Of a stretch of DNA of 64,000 nucleotides, positions 63,301-64,000 are shown one piece after another. A program made the position numbers and the translations under genes. Below the pieces are notes generated by a model, which did not search any database, was not told where the DNA came from, and saw only the letters and a list, made by a program, of their open reading frames with translations. The stretch covers positions 199-64,198 of the forward strand of contig MCFE01000513.1 in the NCBI GenBank assembly GCA_002104905.1, in the 5' to 3' direction. The DNA comes from Basidiobolus meristosporus CBS 931.73. Taxonomy: Eukaryota > Fungi > Basidiobolomycota. Positions within the stretch are counted from its first letter, which is position 1; each line of letters opens with the position of its first letter.

Positions 63301-64000
63301 ACTTGTAGCCAAAGGATACTCTCAAACAAAAGGACTTGACTATACTGAGACCTTTGCACCAGTAGCCAAGTTTAATTCCATCAGATTAATATTGGCTATT
63401 GCAGCAAAATATAAGTTTTTTATTCATCAAATGGATGTAAAAACTGCATTTTTGAATGGAGAACTTGATGAGGACGTGTATATGGACCAGCCTGATGGGT
63501 TTGTTGACCAAAATAACCGCTATTTGGTCTGCAAACTTAAAAAGTCACTATATGGTCTCAAACAATCACCAAGAGCCTGGAATTGCAAGATAGATTCTTA
63601 TTTGGAATCTTTGAGTTTCAAAAGAAGTAATGCTGACTATAGTATATACTATAAGCCAGATAGAGCAAATCCAGTTCTATTAGCTCTATATGTGGATGAT
63701 CTTATTATAGCCGCCAATAACCTAGAAACATTGGAAGAGACTAAATCCAGCCTATCTAAGGAGTTCAAGATGTCTGATCTAGGAGAACTTAGTTACTACT
63801 TAGGGATTAAGTTCTCCATAGACAGAAGTACCCAGACTATTACCCTAAGCCAATCCAAGTATATTCAAGATATACTAAAGAAGTACAAAATGGAAGACTG
63901 TAAACCGGCAGCCACCCCAATGGAGACAAACCTTAACTTGGGCAAAACTCAACCAAATCAAGAGAGCTTGGTGCCATCTGAAAGCCCTGACTTTCCTTAT
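60345..64000 (+). mobile_element. Ty1/copia copy E, apparently intact, runs off the window
   Basis: 5' LTR at 60345-60693, PBS at 60694-60705, uninterrupted gag-pol. Confidence 0.95.
60725..64000 (+). CDS. gag-pol: copia Gag-Pol polyprotein, open for 1092 codons to the window end (3' partial)
   Basis: Manual translation from ATG 60725 gave no stop: CSYCKRKGHTSDRC, WYIDSGAS, HSDLCGP, RSDNGGEY, NGVAEQ, QMDVKTAFLNG, LYVDDL. Confidence 0.9.
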   Translation, partial: MSTTAITGIFPSAEKLDGSNYQVWKVKMKMLLQERGLWDIVMGEECPPKNMGEEALKYQKKEQSAFNCICLNVKDKLLIQCSRAKTAKNAWKALEDTYQSCSAAKKMYLRRKFFTTKMLPGEEMKNLINRITLLVDEMESVGVPTTDEDVIVTILNSLTDEFQGLVSALESRTEDLTLNYVYGRLLDEELRKSSANKKEEENALISNDSQQRRYPRPYKGNSNLFCSYCKRKGHTSDRCLKKKYNQQKKPEYGNAATTEDRLFISALNMTTNKDSQTWYIDSGASQHFTHQKELFTQYQEIPIKKVFMGDNRTLDAVGEGTIQVNLRSSEGSHTLTFKEVLYVPEIAKNLLSVSKATTEGLSFSFDNSGCRITDQNGAHIALGIRDQSLYKLTYIPSYLEANISNLNEETPMLWHRRFGHINFDYLRKMIKDQLISGVKIDPPANLEHCEACIYGKQARQPFKSSGLIKTEKKLDLIHSDLCGPMQNLSLGGMKYLITFIDEYTRYTWVYFMERKEEALSKFREFKAMVERETGEKIKKIRSDNGGEYTSKLFIHFCKIHGIKQETTIPYSPQQNGVAEQANRSIIDMARSMIHDQKLSYDFWAESVATAAYLKNRSYNRILRDSTPSEAWYGYRPSAEHLRIFGCTAYAKKLAGNQSKFEPKSVKCIFLGYCNESKAYRLYNTKAKKPIKSRDVLFDENSKFSQKMTSDDDENLFSSPQIVRIESEQNNENFFTPEDSTTVVLPESVPRNIPEVIIPVSNARRSNRTRNSPNYYINEGTNLAYAHSVHIDEPQTVKEALNGPQTKFWRSAMTEEYQALMENQTWDLVKLPINRKSIGCRWVFKTKYKADGTIERYKARLVAKGYSQTKGLDYTETFAPVAKFNSIRLILAIAAKYKFFIHQMDVKTAFLNGELDEDVYMDQPDGFVDQNNRYLVCKLKKSLYGLKQSPRAWNCKIDSYLESLSFKRSNADYSIYYKPDRANPVLLALYVDDLIIAANNLETLEETKSSLSKEFKMSDLGELSYYLGIKFSIDRSTQTITLSQSKYIQDILKKYKMEDCKPAATPMETNLNLGKTQPNQESLVPSESPDFPY

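Overview
The window is a eukaryotic, strongly CpG-depleted nest of transposable elements. I found no recognisable host gene, rRNA, tRNA or CRISPR array. A fungal host is my inference from the element families; it cannot be proven from the sequence. Main layers: (1) A ~5.7-kb two-gene CMC/EnSpm (tnp2-type) DNA transposon with CCCTATGAAAA termini. One copy (3327-13753) sits inverted inside another (836-~18112); a truncated copy is at 53664-57088 and relics are near 28-32 kb. (2) At least five copies of one Ty1/copia family with 349-bp LTRs and PBS GGTTATGAGCCC. One has a stop-free gag-pol frame from 60725 to the window end that the ORF track omits. (3) Several decayed Ty3/gypsy elements and solo LTRs with clean target-site duplications (TSDs). 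(4) A very young 3.6-kb LTR element (44679-48295) with 804-bp LTRs differing at one base, a CCGC TSD and a tRNA-Lys PBS. It carries a single intact 618-aa Gag-protease ORF and no RT, RNase H or integrase. This is the best candidate for an undescribed system. (5) A foldback/MITE family with AGACTT...AAGTCT termini and 3-bp ATW TSDs: two ~733-bp hairpins and one 211-bp mini-element. Also notable are a 455-bp perfectly identical tract shared by two otherwise diverged integrase relics, and a gypsy deletion derivative with a decayed extra ORF after integrase. All alignments were done by eye; approximate ends are flagged in each entry.
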